A DNA stretch of 64,000 nt from Nitrosopumilus sp. (GCA_965205675.1 OZ242186.1:1728001-1792000); one strand, 5' to 3'; positions 1 through 11,279 are shown, numbered from the stretch's first letter. Numbers and translations are program-made. The notes: a model not told the origin generated them from the sequence alone.

Positions 1-442
1 TAAACATTCACGTGATTCCATCAGAGCACTGGTAATTGGAGAACATGGAGAAAATATGCTACCATTACCAAGATTTTCATCAGTGTCAGGAATTCCTCTA
101 TCATCTTTTCTTCCAAAAGAAAAATTAGATGAACTTGTGATTAATACAAAACAAGTTGCAGCTAAAGTAATTGAATTAAAAGGCGCCACAGTTCATGCAC
201 CAGGAAACGCAATTTCTGCAATTGTGGAATCAGTTGTAAGGGATAGGAAACAAGTCATACCAGTTGCAACATATTTGGATGGAGAGTATGGACATTCGGA
301 TGTTACAATTGGAGTTCCAGCAATTATTGGAAAGAAAGGAGTAGAGAAGATTGTCGAATTGGATCTAAATGATGAGGAAAAACAAGTGTTTGATAAAGCA
401 GTTGAGAGTGTAAAAGGTGCCATTTCAGGTATTGAAATCTAA
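1..442 (+). CDS. mdh: Malate dehydrogenase (LDH-like), C-terminal part; 5' end outside window
   Basis: Frame open from nt 2: [21 protein letters not shown]... then YLDGEYG...[18 protein letters not shown], typical LDH/MDH C-domain. Confidence 0.9.
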   Translation, partial: KHSRDSIRALVIGEHGENMLPLPRFSSVSGIPLSSFLPKEKLDELVINTKQVAAKVIELKGATVHAPGNAISAIVESVVRDRKQVIPVATYLDGEYGHSDVTIGVPAIIGKKGVEKIVELDLNDEEKQVFDKAVESVKGAISGIEI

Positions 443-475
443 GCATTTTTTTAGAATAACAGAGAAAACTTTTCA

Positions 476-1258
476 ATGGAAATTCATGGGATTTTAGAGT
501 CATTAAAAGAAGGGAAGATTTCAGTGAATAATGCAAAAAAATTATTGTCACTTTATTCCATTGAAGAAGTAGAAGGATTTGCTAAGATTGATATCAATAG
601 AAGAAAAAGAAGAGGGATTCCAGAAGTAATTTTTGCTGAAACAAAAGAATTAGATGAAATTAAAAAAATTGCAAAAAAGATATTAGAAAAAACAAATTCA
701 GTAATTATATCAAGAATTAAAAAAGAAGATTATCCAAAAATTTTAACATTTTCAAAGAGATTAAAAGTAAAGATAAAGACAGGCAAAAACTCATCATCAT
801 TATTGTTATTTAAAAAACCAATTAAATTTCAAGGTGGGAAAATAGGAATTATAACAGCAGGCACATCAGATATTGGTGTTGCAGAAGAATCAAGATTGAT
901 GTGTGAAGCAATGAACTGTAAATGCATTACAAGTTATGACGTAGGAGTAGCAGGAATTCAAAGAATATTTCCAACATTAAAAAAAATAGTAGATGAGGAT
1001 GTAGATTGCATAATAGTTGCAGCAGGTATGGAGGGAGCTTTGGCCACACTAGTTTCAACATTAGTAGACATACCAATTATTGGAATTCCAACATCAGTAG
1101 GATATGGATATGGAGAAAAAGGAATTGCGGCTCTTGCATCTATGCTTCAAAGCTGTTCATTAGGATTATCAGTGGTGAACATAGACAATGGAATTGCGGC
1201 TGGCGGAATAGCTGCAAATATTGCAAATAGAATGATCAAGAAAACTAATTCAAAATAG
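476..1258 (+). CDS. larB: Nickel-pincer cofactor biosynthesis protein LarB (AIR-carboxylase-like)
   Basis: RRGIPEVIFAE, TAGTSD, DVGVAG, AGMEGAL, PTSVGYG, VVNIDNG motifs. Confidence 0.9.
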   Translation: MEIHGILESLKEGKISVNNAKKLLSLYSIEEVEGFAKIDINRRKRRGIPEVIFAETKELDEIKKIAKKILEKTNSVIISRIKKEDYPKILTFSKRLKVKIKTGKNSSSLLLFKKPIKFQGGKIGIITAGTSDIGVAEESRLMCEAMNCKCITSYDVGVAGIQRIFPTLKKIVDEDVDCIIVAAGMEGALATLVSTLVDIPIIGIPTSVGYGYGEKGIAALASMLQSCSLGLSVVNIDNGIAAGGIAANIANRMIKKTNSK

Positions 1259-1318
1259 TATTTCAGGACTAGTCATTCTCGTAAATGATATATAATATAT
1301 CTAAACGAGTTTGGATAG

Positions 1319-2899
1319 TTGACTGGTAAACGTGTTGTACTTACTGCTGATCGTAGTTTAATGACAAATTATAGAGGAAATTTTCTTTATGGATTTATTG
1401 CATGTGGTCCTTACGAAGTACTACCAGAATGGGTTTTTGACAAGGTATTCTGTCCATCTGTTGAAACAGATCATATTACAGGAGAAGTCAAAGTTGCCCA
1501 AGTGGGATTAAGAAGGATTGAAAGTTCTTTGATTCAAGGAGGATATAAAAAAGAAGATGTCTTTATGGCACATCCCGAAATGTTGCATAAATCAATTGGG
1601 CCAGACACTAAAGTTGTAGGGATTAATGTGATGGATCCACTGGGTATGGCTCCAGTTACAACTACAATGTCACCAGAAAAATTATCCTATGTTGCAATGA
1701 AATTTAAAAAAATGTGCGCAAACATAATTCAACTCAAAAAGAAATATGATTTCAAAGTTGTTGTTGGGGGAAATGGGGCATGGGAATTAGCTAAATCAGA
1801 TAGAATGAAAATTCATGGAATTGATACTGTTGTAGTAGGCGAAGCAGATGAGCTAGCCGTAGATTTATTTCAAGATTTAGAAAAAAATGATGCACCAGAA
1901 CTAATGCATTGCTTCGTAAGAAATCTTGAAAACATTCCAGTAATTGAAGGTCCTACCATTAATTCATTGATTGAAGCAATGCGGGGTTGTGGAAGAGGAT
2001 GTGACTTTTGTGATGTAAATAAAAGATCAAAGAAAGACTTGCCATTAGATAGATTACAAAAAGAAGCTAAAACAAATTTGGATTATGGATTTGATTCAAT
2101 ATGGTTACACTCTGATGAAATGTTACTTTATGGATGTGATAACAGGGACTTTGTTCCAAACAGAGACGCAATTGTTGATTTATGGAAAGGGTTGAAAGGA
2201 TTAGGTGCAAATTTTGTGGGAACAACACATATGACATTTTCTGCAGTCGCAGCAGACCCCACGCTAATGCAACAGATTTCTCACATTAATGAACAAGATA
2301 GAACGGGGAGATGGCTTGCAACTAATCTAGGTATTGAAACAGTAGCACCAGACATGGTAAAGAAACACTTGGGTGTAAAAACAAAACCATTTGCACCAGA
2401 AGAATGGGGCAGTGTTGTAAGAGAAGGCGCAAAAATACTAAATGAAAATCACTGGTTCCCAGCTGCAACCATCATTATTGGTTGGCCTGATGAAACACCT
2501 GATGATATTCAATATACAATAGACATGATGAGTGACTTTAGGGAAATGAATTTTAGAGGATTAGTTGCACCACTACTATACCAAGACTTTAGTGAAAAGA
2601 ACTCTATGCACTTTGGAAATCTCAATGAAGCACAATTCACATTATTTTGGAAGTGTTGGGAAAATAATTTGCGTGTAATTAACGATATCATTCCAATTAT
2701 TCTCAGAAACAAAACCTACGGTCCTCCAATGAAAGTATTCATGTATGGAATTCTTAAAGCAGGTACTTGGGCAATAATGAGGTATTTGAGAGGATTGTGT
2801 AAAGATTTGTTTAATGGCAGAACTCCAGACGAAATTATAGGCAAATATGCCAGAAGTAGATCAGTGTCTGCACCTAAAATTCAAACAAAGAAACTATAG
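1319..2899 (+). CDS. B12-binding-domain radical SAM protein (candidate GDGT ring synthase, Grs-like)
   Basis: CxxxCxxC (CGRGCDFC), N-terminal VVLTADRSLM, cobalamin-binding-like VVGGNGAW/VVGEAD, GIET motif; TTG start after TATATAA box. Confidence 0.8.
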   Translation: MTGKRVVLTADRSLMTNYRGNFLYGFIACGPYEVLPEWVFDKVFCPSVETDHITGEVKVAQVGLRRIESSLIQGGYKKEDVFMAHPEMLHKSIGPDTKVVGINVMDPLGMAPVTTTMSPEKLSYVAMKFKKMCANIIQLKKKYDFKVVVGGNGAWELAKSDRMKIHGIDTVVVGEADELAVDLFQDLEKNDAPELMHCFVRNLENIPVIEGPTINSLIEAMRGCGRGCDFCDVNKRSKKDLPLDRLQKEAKTNLDYGFDSIWLHSDEMLLYGCDNRDFVPNRDAIVDLWKGLKGLGANFVGTTHMTFSAVAADPTLMQQISHINEQDRTGRWLATNLGIETVAPDMVKKHLGVKTKPFAPEEWGSVVREGAKILNENHWFPAATIIIGWPDETPDDIQYTIDMMSDFREMNFRGLVAPLLYQDFSEKNSMHFGNLNEAQFTLFWKCWENNLRVINDIIPIILRNKTYGPPMKVFMYGILKAGTWAIMRYLRGLCKDLFNGRTPDEIIGKYARSRSVSAPKIQTKKL

Positions 2900-3226
2900 A
2901 TTTTGGATAGCAACGTCTGCTATAGTATTTCTTTTTGGAGTTAAAGAGATAAAGTAAATTTTGTCTGCTCGTTCTATGCTTTCAACCTTTTTGAAAGATT
3001 TTGAGGTTATATCAAATTCATAGATTCCAGGTTCAAGGGAACCTTTTGCATAAAGCATAAGATAAGTTTCTCCAGTTGCAGGACTAAGAGGAATAAAAGA
3101 CATCACATATCCTTTGTAAGAATTAATCGGCATAGTATTTTTCATTGGAGGAGCAGCAGATGCCATATACATTAGAATGTCTTGGATTGATTCAAATTCT
3201 TCATATTCAACATGCATATGATTCAT
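2894..3226 (-). CDS. Conserved hypothetical protein
   Basis: 110-aa ORF with normal composition filling the gap between two genes. Confidence 0.7.
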   Translation of the reverse strand: MNHMHVEYEEFESIQDILMYMASAAPPMKNTMPINSYKGYVMSFIPLSPATGETYLMLYAKGSLEPGIYEFDITSKSFKKVESIERADKIYFISLTPKRNTIADVAIQNL

Positions 3227-3263
3227 AATGTGTTTCAGTATAATAACCTAGAGTAAAATAAGA

Positions 3264-4355
3264 TTATTTACGAGATTTAATAATTTGGCTAACTTTGAAT
3301 CCTACTAATGCAGGTGCTACAATATACATTCCCAAGTTCAAAATAATCACAGAAATGCCCAATCCCAAAACTTCTGCTTCTGAACCTTGATCAGCCAAAG
3401 ACATGATTGATAATGTTGAAAGCATTGGAGTGATGAGAGTCTTTACTGTTTCTTTAAACATTGGATTTTCTCTTTCCCAATCTGCAACTGTTGGTGCAAA
3501 CGAATAATATATTGTGTTAAAGCCTAACATGAATGATGTACCAGAAGTAGTACTAAATAGCGTATTATCTCTAATTTCTCTAAGTAATTGTACTTGTGGT
3601 GCTAACTCAGTACCATAAGCAGCTGTTGCAATAAGACAACCTCCGCCATCTTCAACACATACACCATCTTTGAATGAGAATCCATCAGGACACTCAGGTG
3701 TTGGAATAGGTACACAGAAACCCTGTGGACCAAGTTCAGTTCCAGGACCACACTTTATTGGTTCTGGAGCAACAGGTTCTACTGGTGCAACAGGTTCTAC
3801 TGGTGGTTCAGGCGTAGTTGGTTCTACTGGTGGTGGTTCAGGCGTAGTTGGTTCTACTGGTGGTGCAACAGTGTTGCCACCTCCAGTTATAGCATCACCA
3901 GTACCTCCAGTAAATTCAAACAAAACACTAGATTTCAAATTAGGACCATAATTTGCACTTATAGTATAATCACCTGCAGTTTTCCATTGACCACCATCAG
4001 CAATCATTTCGACGTTAAATGAGCCATCAGACGCAGGAGTCAATTGAGCTACTTGAACTATAGTTTTAGTTGGGGAAAAAATTATCATAGTTACAGCACC
4101 ATCATCTGAAGAAAGATCTTCATAATTATCTATCTTACCAGAAATTTTAATCAGATTGCCTTGACTATAAAGATCAAGATCGGTGGTTATACCAAGATCA
4201 TTTTTAACGAGTTCATCAAAAGCACTAACACATTGACCATTGACTATAACTTCATCTGAACCACAGGAAATTTGAGCAAAGGCAGTACCAGATATTCCGT
4301 TAGATAATATAATTAACATAAGTACACTTAGTGTAATTACCCCAGATAATTTCAT
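3264..4355 (-). CDS. Cell-surface protein with Pro/Glu/Thr linker and CFI-box-CTERM domain
   Basis: Signal peptide, Ig-like domain, PVEPTTPEPP repeats, GGGCLIATAAYGTELAPQVQLLREIRDN motif, C-terminal TM helix. Confidence 0.88.
   Translation of the reverse strand: MKLSGVITLSVLMLIILSNGISGTAFAQISCGSDEVIVNGQCVSAFDELVKNDLGITTDLDLYSQGNLIKISGKIDNYEDLSSDDGAVTMIIFSPTKTIVQVAQLTPASDGSFNVEMIADGGQWKTAGDYTISANYGPNLKSSVLFEFTGGTGDAITGGGNTVAPPVEPTTPEPPPVEPTTPEPPVEPVAPVEPVAPEPIKCGPGTELGPQGFCVPIPTPECPDGFSFKDGVCVEDGGGCLIATAAYGTELAPQVQLLREIRDNTLFSTTSGTSFMLGFNTIYYSFAPTVADWERENPMFKETVKTLITPMLSTLSIMSLADQGSEAEVLGLGISVIILNLGMYIVAPALVGFKVSQIIKSRK
3770..3870. repeat. Coding tandem repeats encoding the Pro-rich linker
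   Basis: Repeated GGTTCTACTGGTG and TCAGGCGTAGTTGGTTCTAC units. Confidence 0.8.
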
Positions 4356-4416
4356 ACTTAAAAATAATCAATTATTTAGAGTATTTATGTTTTCAATGAA
4401 AGAAAAATTGACCTGA

Positions 4417-7400
4417 TTATATTCTTATGATACTTTTTTTGACCAAGTATTGAATCGATTTTGTAAAGTCTTCATCAGAGATTTGATCATTTGCCCACCA
4501 CTTTGCATTATTTTTAATCCAATCAGGTATTTCTTTATCAGAAATAGAGATAGTATCGGGGGAAATTGCTATCAACCCTTCCTCAATCATATATTCAATT
4601 GTATCAATGAATTCATCATCAGATACAATATCTGCAGACCACCACTTTGCATTATTTTTAATCCAATCAGGTAAAATTGGATTAGATACTACAAATGAAA
4701 CTGTCTTAACATAGGAATTGTTGTGAGATAGATAAATTTCATATATCCCAGATAATGAATTTTCATCAATTGAAATTATAGTTCTATAATTGCCAGTATT
4801 AGACAAGGTTGCAGCAAAATTTCTGGTACTGCCATCAGGAAATGTGATAGCTACTGATAAAGGAATATCTCGTCTAGAATTATCTATTTTTCCAGAAAGA
4901 ACAATCTCTTCTACATTTCCAGAAGGGGGTTTTGTAACCTCATATACACTAAGCTGAGGAGAATTAAGATACAAAGTAGATTTATTGTTTAGTAAACTGA
5001 AAATATTTGAATTGCCAAGATTATCTCTATAATCAAAATATTTTGCATCAAGACTTCCACCAGCTGAAGAAATTAATCCAGTTCCCGATTTGTTGCATAT
5101 TTTTGAAGGCATTTTAAAGGAACCTTCAAAAACTCCGGTAGCAGGTCCGGTTTCTCTTAGAGTGAAGCCACTAGCACTCAGACCGCCATATTCAACACCA
5201 TCAACAGTACAGCGCTTGTAACGAATATCTTTAATCAAAACTTCAAACAAAGTTATTCCATCTCTTCCAACAGTGTCCACATTTGAAGAGGTCGGATCAT
5301 TGATTACAGAATAAATATCAATTAGATCATTTTTTAAATTAAGATCAGGATCATGTAATGTCAAGGTAACAGATTGACCAAATCTATAAGATTGTGAATT
5401 AGAAGTCAATACGCCAGAAATTGTACCGACATCAGACTTTGTAGATGTTGGTGTAAAAATTCCAGTAACATCAAGATCAGAATATGAAATAGAGATACCC
5501 TCATCATCAATTAATCTATCAGTAACAATGAATTGGATTTGATCATCTATGGGTTGAATTGTTTGAATAAATGCAGGATCCAAAATATTTAATTGATTTG
5601 CAACAGAATATTCTAAAGTTCCATTAAATGTAGAAGAATTATCAGAAGTTTCTTCTAATTCAAAACGATATATCGCATTATTTACATCGTTAGAATTTAC
5701 AAGTCCAAATGAAAAGAGATCAAATATAATTGGTTGCGAATTAACTTCATTCAAGATGGTGCCAACACTTGTACTATCATTTGAAGAATCAAAATTGATT
5801 ACAAGATAAGCAGAGCCGCTTTTATTAAAAATTGATTGTACATCAGAATCATCTAATTGAATAAAACCTTGAGGTGAAGACAAATCTCCAGACTCGACAA
5901 GGGTTACAGATGAAGATCCTATAGTATCAAAAGATAATTCAATAGTGGTATCAGAGAAATCAGATATTTCAAAATCATTTGTAAAAGATCTCAAATCATA
6001 GTTAATCCAATTAGTACCATAATGATTTGAAAGAGAGGTATCAATTAATCTAGACTGCAAGTCAGAGGCTGAAAATCCGAGATTTAGAGAAATTTTCTCA
6101 AAATCATCATTAATAAGAATAGAGGTATCAATGACTAGTCGTGCTGAATTTTTATCAGGGACCGAGGAATTGGCAGGGATGCTATTAGTCAGTGAATCAG
6201 TAGACAGTGTGAAGAAATTAATATCATAAGCATTCTGAAGCGTGACTGGCTTTCCAATTCTTAGGGTGGGAATAACAGTAAAATCATTGAAAACATCCAA
6301 ATCATCCTGCGAATCTGAATTAATATTTTGATCAAAGTCAACTAAAACAACAGGGATTTTGGTTCCAGGTTTTAATGATTGAGTGCCATCACCCATAGTA
6401 AGAGTAGGATCATTCAAAGATACCGTAGCTGATGAAGAACCAGTAAGAACAGAAATCGATTTGTCATTATACGTAATTAAACCAGATAGATCTCTAGGGG
6501 CATCATCTAAAATTCCCAAAGTAGATTGATCTTTAAAATCACCATTATCAAAAATACCAGAATTTGGACCATCTTCAACTAACGTAGTAATTTCAGAATA
6601 GGTGATAGTCCCATCAAAAACACTAGTATCAGGTTGTTCACCATTTGATTGTAATTCAAGGATAGAACCAAGATTTACAAAAAGTTTACCATTGTCTTCA
6701 AATCCAATATCTGAAAGATGTGAGAGTAAATCTACCAACCCTGCACCATTATTTGCAGAGTCAAAGCCATCATCATCATATGCTTGATAAAAAGTAGAAG
6801 GAGAAGATCCTACATCAAAAGTCCAAGAGTCTTCATCTGTTGGATCTTGATTTAGTTGTAAATCACTTACAGTTAGAAAAACTTCGGCATTCTTTGGATA
6901 TAGATCTCTATCAAGACTCAAAGAAATATTTGGAATTTCATCATATTTCAATGAAACCTGTTGAGACGAACCGCCAGAATTGTATTGAATTACTACATCA
7001 CCAAATGAAAAAAGTTGAATCAATGGCCAAGCATTAGAATCCAATCCAATTTGTCCAGTTGGAATATTAGAATTTGTGTTAATTGACTTTGCATTTCGTA
7101 CTACATTATTCCAATTTGTACCAGATGGAGAACTAGTACACGAAGTAAATGAAGAAGTCCCATCAGTAGAACCAGTTGTAGAACGAGGTACTGCGAATCC
7201 ATCAGTTTCAGAAAGAGAAATTCCCATAACAGATGTCAACGTATCTTGACTACAAAATACTCCAAAATCTAATCCAGTACCAGATAAACCAACAGTAGAA
7301 TCGGCTTCCTTGGCTTTTTCAACATTTGCAAAATAAGCATACCAGTTACCATTAGTTACCTGAACCATTCGTAATGACTTTCCATTAATCGTAACATCGG

Positions 7401-7602
7401 GTTCACCTTTTTTACTATCAGTATCACGTAGATTTGGGTCAATAACTATCACTTCAATCACCATAGAGCCAGCGAAATGATTCTCAAATTGAGAATTTTC
7501 AGCAGATACAAACAAATTAGAATTACTTGACGCCTCAATATCAGCAGGGACTAACAACAGTAGCAAAGAGGTCAAAGGTAAAATGAAATATCTTTTATTC
7601 AA
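4417..7602 (-). CDS. S-layer protein (SlaA) paralogue with two C-terminal IPDWIKNNAKWW repeats
   Basis: Signal peptide then NLFVSAENSQFENHFAGSMVIEV...GEPDVTINGKSLRMVQ...GNWYAYFA, resembling the thaumarchaeal S-layer N-terminus; repeated L(E/R)ETG...G.F.G motifs. Confidence 0.8.
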   Translation of the reverse strand: MNKRYFILPLTSLLLLLVPADIEASSNSNLFVSAENSQFENHFAGSMVIEVIVIDPNLRDTDSKKGEPDVTINGKSLRMVQVTNGNWYAYFANVEKAKEADSTVGLSGTGLDFGVFCSQDTLTSVMGISLSETDGFAVPRSTTGSTDGTSSFTSCTSSPSGTNWNNVVRNAKSINTNSNIPTGQIGLDSNAWPLIQLFSFGDVVIQYNSGGSSQQVSLKYDEIPNISLSLDRDLYPKNAEVFLTVSDLQLNQDPTDEDSWTFDVGSSPSTFYQAYDDDGFDSANNGAGLVDLLSHLSDIGFEDNGKLFVNLGSILELQSNGEQPDTSVFDGTITYSEITTLVEDGPNSGIFDNGDFKDQSTLGILDDAPRDLSGLITYNDKSISVLTGSSSATVSLNDPTLTMGDGTQSLKPGTKIPVVLVDFDQNINSDSQDDLDVFNDFTVIPTLRIGKPVTLQNAYDINFFTLSTDSLTNSIPANSSVPDKNSARLVIDTSILINDDFEKISLNLGFSASDLQSRLIDTSLSNHYGTNWINYDLRSFTNDFEISDFSDTTIELSFDTIGSSSVTLVESGDLSSPQGFIQLDDSDVQSIFNKSGSAYLVINFDSSNDSTSVGTILNEVNSQPIIFDLFSFGLVNSNDVNNAIYRFELEETSDNSSTFNGTLEYSVANQLNILDPAFIQTIQPIDDQIQFIVTDRLIDDEGISISYSDLDVTGIFTPTSTKSDVGTISGVLTSNSQSYRFGQSVTLTLHDPDLNLKNDLIDIYSVINDPTSSNVDTVGRDGITLFEVLIKDIRYKRCTVDGVEYGGLSASGFTLRETGPATGVFEGSFKMPSKICNKSGTGLISSAGGSLDAKYFDYRDNLGNSNIFSLLNNKSTLYLNSPQLSVYEVTKPPSGNVEEIVLSGKIDNSRRDIPLSVAITFPDGSTRNFAATLSNTGNYRTIISIDENSLSGIYEIYLSHNNSYVKTVSFVVSNPILPDWIKNNAKWWSADIVSDDEFIDTIEYMIEEGLIAISPDTISISDKEIPDWIKNNAKWWANDQISDEDFTKSIQYLVKKSIIRI

Positions 7603-7769
7603 TATTTCTAAAATCCTATTCTATCACAAATAACGTTGTCGCATCATTGTTCCTTTATCTATATTCTCAAATTAGTTCACCCCGTCATTTCCAGACTAAG
7701 ATTAGGATACATTTGGAAAAGAGGAAAGAATTACAGAATCATGCAAAAGATAGTAGATCCAACCCAAAT

Positions 7770-8136
7770 ATCATGGATAATCAAATCAAAAGAGATGGAG
7801 ATAAGAATGCCGATGTTGCCTCACAGTTTGAGATGGAACTGATATAATTGGAGATAAAACATATCCTTGCAAGAGCGAACCATTCACAGACAAATGGAAA
7901 ACTGGAGCAATTTCACGGTAAGATCCAAAGAAAGCAAAAATGGTTTGATGGAATCGATGAGTTGGTTCACTGATAATCACATAAAGCCACACATGTCACT
8001 TGGCTGGGACAATCGGGAGACGCCTACAAAAGCATATGTGAGAAAGATGCCAGAGAAAGAAACAAGAATTATTGATAAGTAGACAGGAGAAGAATATGAT
8101 GTGGGATAAGGGACGAACTAATTTTTGGATATAACA
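7770..8136 (+). mobile_element. IS481-family transposase 3' remnant (stops and frameshift)
   Basis: IKHILARANHSQTNGKLEQFHG...NHIKPHMSL...ETP integrase-core motif; ends in ...GATATAACA. Confidence 0.75.
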
Positions 8137-8306
8137 GTTGGTGTTTACGTTTGAAAATGCCTAAATATGGCCCAATCCGGTTGAAATTGAACAATAATTG
8201 CTTAATTCATTACATATTTTATTCTACAAATCAACGAAAACTTCTAACTTGTACATACAAGTAAGCAAGAAAAAATAGGAGTACAAATTAAGGTTCGGCA
8301 ATAATT

Positions 8307-8537
8307 ATGGCAGATGAAATTTCCACATTGATGAATAACAGTAAAGATAAAGTTGTATTACTTAGATTAAGAAATGTCAAAACCATACAAGGAATCCTCA
8401 AAGATTTTGATATTCATATGAATCTTACATTAGATGATGCTGAAGATATTTCTGAAGAAAAACATGAAAAACTTGGAAAAATATTGCTTCGTGGAGATAA
8501 TATTTTGGCCGTTTCTTTACCTGAAGAAGAATCTTAG
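8307..8537 (+). CDS. Sm-like (LSm/SmAP) RNA-binding protein
   Basis: Sm1 GILKDFDIHMNLTLDDA and Sm2 LGKILLRGDNI motifs. Confidence 0.93.
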   Translation: MADEISTLMNNSKDKVVLLRLRNVKTIQGILKDFDIHMNLTLDDAEDISEEKHEKLGKILLRGDNILAVSLPEEES

Positions 8538-8583
8538 AAATTTCTCATCAAACGTTAAATTCATTCAGTCTTTGTTTTAGTAT

Positions 8584-9762
8584 ATGCTGTTTCTTTTTTT
8601 CCTTCCTTTGATTTTATCTCCTGTGTTTGCACAGTCTGAACCTGACTATGATAATCCATATTCTCCAATTTTTACTGATAAATCAGTTTATTCTTGGACT
8701 GATAAAATGAAAGTAACCATTATAGCTCCTAGTTGGAATACGGATAAACACTTAGTTGATTCAATTGGTGGCACTGATGAACATCCCATTAAAATCTCAA
8801 CATCTGAAAATACTCTAGAACCATACCGATTTACTGAAACTGATGTGAACTCTGGAATTTTTACAGCTGAGGTAATTTTGACTGGTTTTACACACGACGT
8901 TGACGGTGATGGGGATTTTGATACAAATCCTAGAACTTTCGGTAATGGTCCTACTAGTGGATTTTTAGAAGTAGATAGGAATTCCTCAATAACTATTTCT
9001 TTTAGATTTGCAGATGGTGTTATATTAGTTGAATCTGTTCCTATAAGTTGGAATATTGGCACCATTAATTTTGTCAGTGATATTTTCTATTTAGAAAATT
9101 CTGTAATGGTACGTGTAATTGATGCTGATATGAATTTGAATCCTGAAATACTAGATAATGTATCTATACAACTTTTTTCTGATTCTGATGTTGCAGGCAT
9201 TGATGTCAATGCTATAGAAACGTCTAAAAATTCAGGCTCTTTTGTTGCACATATTTCATTATCTCAAGATTCACCATCTAGTGGAAATAGACTTTATTCT
9301 CTTTCTGGTGATGAAATTTTTGCTAAATACGATGACTATACATTGCCAAAACCTTTTTCAAAATCAGATAATCTTACTCTTGAAACTTCAGCAGTAGTTG
9401 ATTCATCAATTCCCACAATTGAACGAATTGAAAACTATCCAATTGTTTTCTCTGATGTATCTGGAAATCCTTTACAGTATATCTCAGAAAATTTACAGAT
9501 ACAAATTGTTGGAGAGATCTCAAATAAACAAAATTTTAAACAAAATTTTGTTTATGTGTTTCAAATCAAAGATGACAAAAATATGATTGAATATCTTTCT
9601 TGGGTTCAAGGTGAAATTTCTCCAAATAGGAATTTGGATTTTTCAAAATCTTGGACTCCGAAAAAAAATGGGACTTATACAATAGAGACTTTTGTTTGGA
9701 ATTCTCTAAATGATGCAGTCATTTTGTCACCAATAATGTCTACTTTGATCAATGTTCAATGA
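8584..9762 (+). CDS. Secreted S-layer-related protein (SlaA C-terminal-like domains)
   Basis: Signal peptide; ETDVNSGIFT and ETSKNSGSF motifs; C-terminal SWTP..GTYTIETFVW.S....LSP domain. Confidence 0.75.
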   Translation: MLFLFFLPLILSPVFAQSEPDYDNPYSPIFTDKSVYSWTDKMKVTIIAPSWNTDKHLVDSIGGTDEHPIKISTSENTLEPYRFTETDVNSGIFTAEVILTGFTHDVDGDGDFDTNPRTFGNGPTSGFLEVDRNSSITISFRFADGVILVESVPISWNIGTINFVSDIFYLENSVMVRVIDADMNLNPEILDNVSIQLFSDSDVAGIDVNAIETSKNSGSFVAHISLSQDSPSSGNRLYSLSGDEIFAKYDDYTLPKPFSKSDNLTLETSAVVDSSIPTIERIENYPIVFSDVSGNPLQYISENLQIQIVGEISNKQNFKQNFVYVFQIKDDKNMIEYLSWVQGEISPNRNLDFSKSWTPKKNGTYTIETFVWNSLNDAVILSPIMSTLINVQ

Positions 9763-10648
9763 AAAGAATAATCTCCACATGATGATTAAAGAGAAATTTA
9801 CGTTTTCATTTTTGTGTTAGGATATGTATTAAGATTTACCTTAGTGTTAGTCGTATTATCTTCTGTGACTTTCACAGATGTTTTTACCAATTCTTTTGAT
9901 GTTCATTTTGACAAGCAATTTTACGATCTAGGTAATTCGTTTACTATTTCAGGTAAAATTCTTGATGTTGTAATGCCTTTAATCGCTATGAATATGTATG
10001 ATCCAGATAGAAAAATTTTATCCGTAAACAATTTGGAAATTTCTGCCGAAAATACCTTTGATAAGATTATTTTCTTTAATTCTTCTTATCAAAAAACTGA
10101 TTAATATTCAATCAGACTAGATTATGGCTTTCTTTCTGGAACTTGTTATTTTATTATATAAGATGCATTTGAGTCTGAAATTCTAATTGATGAATATCTT
10201 TGAATCCTAAAATTATTTCATTGGGTATGGAAAAAACAACACGTTGAACAAAGATACTGTAAAAATTCTTTGCACTGTGTAATTTGTTAATTCTCTTACC
10301 GTATTTATTGAAATTTATGAATCCTTTTGGAATGCCTACGGAATTTTATTTTGGTCATGTTGATTCTAATTTAGAATTTAAAACAAAAATTGTTGTAAAA
10401 TCTGATATGAGTTTTAAAGTTGATGGGACATGTCCTATAAAAGCACATTATACTAATAGCAAAATAATCTTTTTTTGATTATTAGAAAATACCACCAATA
10501 ACAATTGAAGATTCTTCAGAAGGAAAAAATTCAAGAACCAACTAATAATGAACAAATAATCCATTTGAGGATAAAATTACTTCAAGCAATAATGATAAAG
10601 CCACGTCTGATAAACAATCTAATTTACAATCAAAATCTTCAGATGATG

Positions 10649-10784
10649 TATGACAAGAAACATAAATTCGTGAGTTGTTTCTCAGATGTTTCAGTTTGTT
10701 TATTCGTATTTACCTATATGTAAGATCAACTGATTTCTAGTTTTTTGAAATTATTTAGTTCACGAATTTTGTCTTTTCGCCATA
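10649..10784. mobile_element. MITE-A copy 1 (136 bp, most diverged)
   Basis: Aligns end to end with copies at 11144, 17209 and 59924; degenerate TIRs. Confidence 0.85.
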
Positions 10785-11143
10785 CTAGCAAACACTTCAA
10801 ATGAATTACATATCAAAAAAAATAAATGATTCAAAAAATAAAGAAACAGAAATTATTCCGACATCAAATAAGATAAAAAAGAGAATAATCTTACCGTGGA
10901 TGATTTATTGAATTAAGGAGATTTATTGAACCAAATCAAATTAGAATGTGATTCTAACGTGCATGTTCATACTATTTCATGTTATGATAGAATGGACCCT
11001 ACATTGTATAGACTATAAGTTTGATAATGCATTGAAATTTTTTTAATGACTCCCTAATTCATAATCCTAATGATTTAGAAATTCTTGTAAACAAAGGTTC
11101 TGCTTTGTCAAAATTAGAATATTTTTCTGAGGCTATAGTATAT

Positions 11144-11279
11144 TATAGCAAAAAGATAAAGTTCATGAACTAAATAATTTCAAAAAACTAGAAATCAGTT
11201 GATCTTACATATAGGTAAATACGAATAAACAAATTGAAACGCCTAAAAAATAACTCACGAACTTATGCTTCTCGCTATA
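11144..11279. mobile_element. MITE-A copy 2 (inverted relative to copy 1), TA target duplication
   Basis: TA|TAGCAAAAAGATAAAGTTC...GAACTTATGCTTCTCGCTA|TA; excision restores the TPR frame. Confidence 0.92.

Noticed and set aside
3770-3870. Tandem repeats as a non-coding array
   Set aside because: They encode the Pro-rich linker of the CFI-box protein
4489-4673. Repeat-spacer-repeat pattern CCACCACTTTGCATTATTTTTAATCCAATCAGGTA
   Set aside because: In-frame duplicated IPDWIKNNAKWW protein motif
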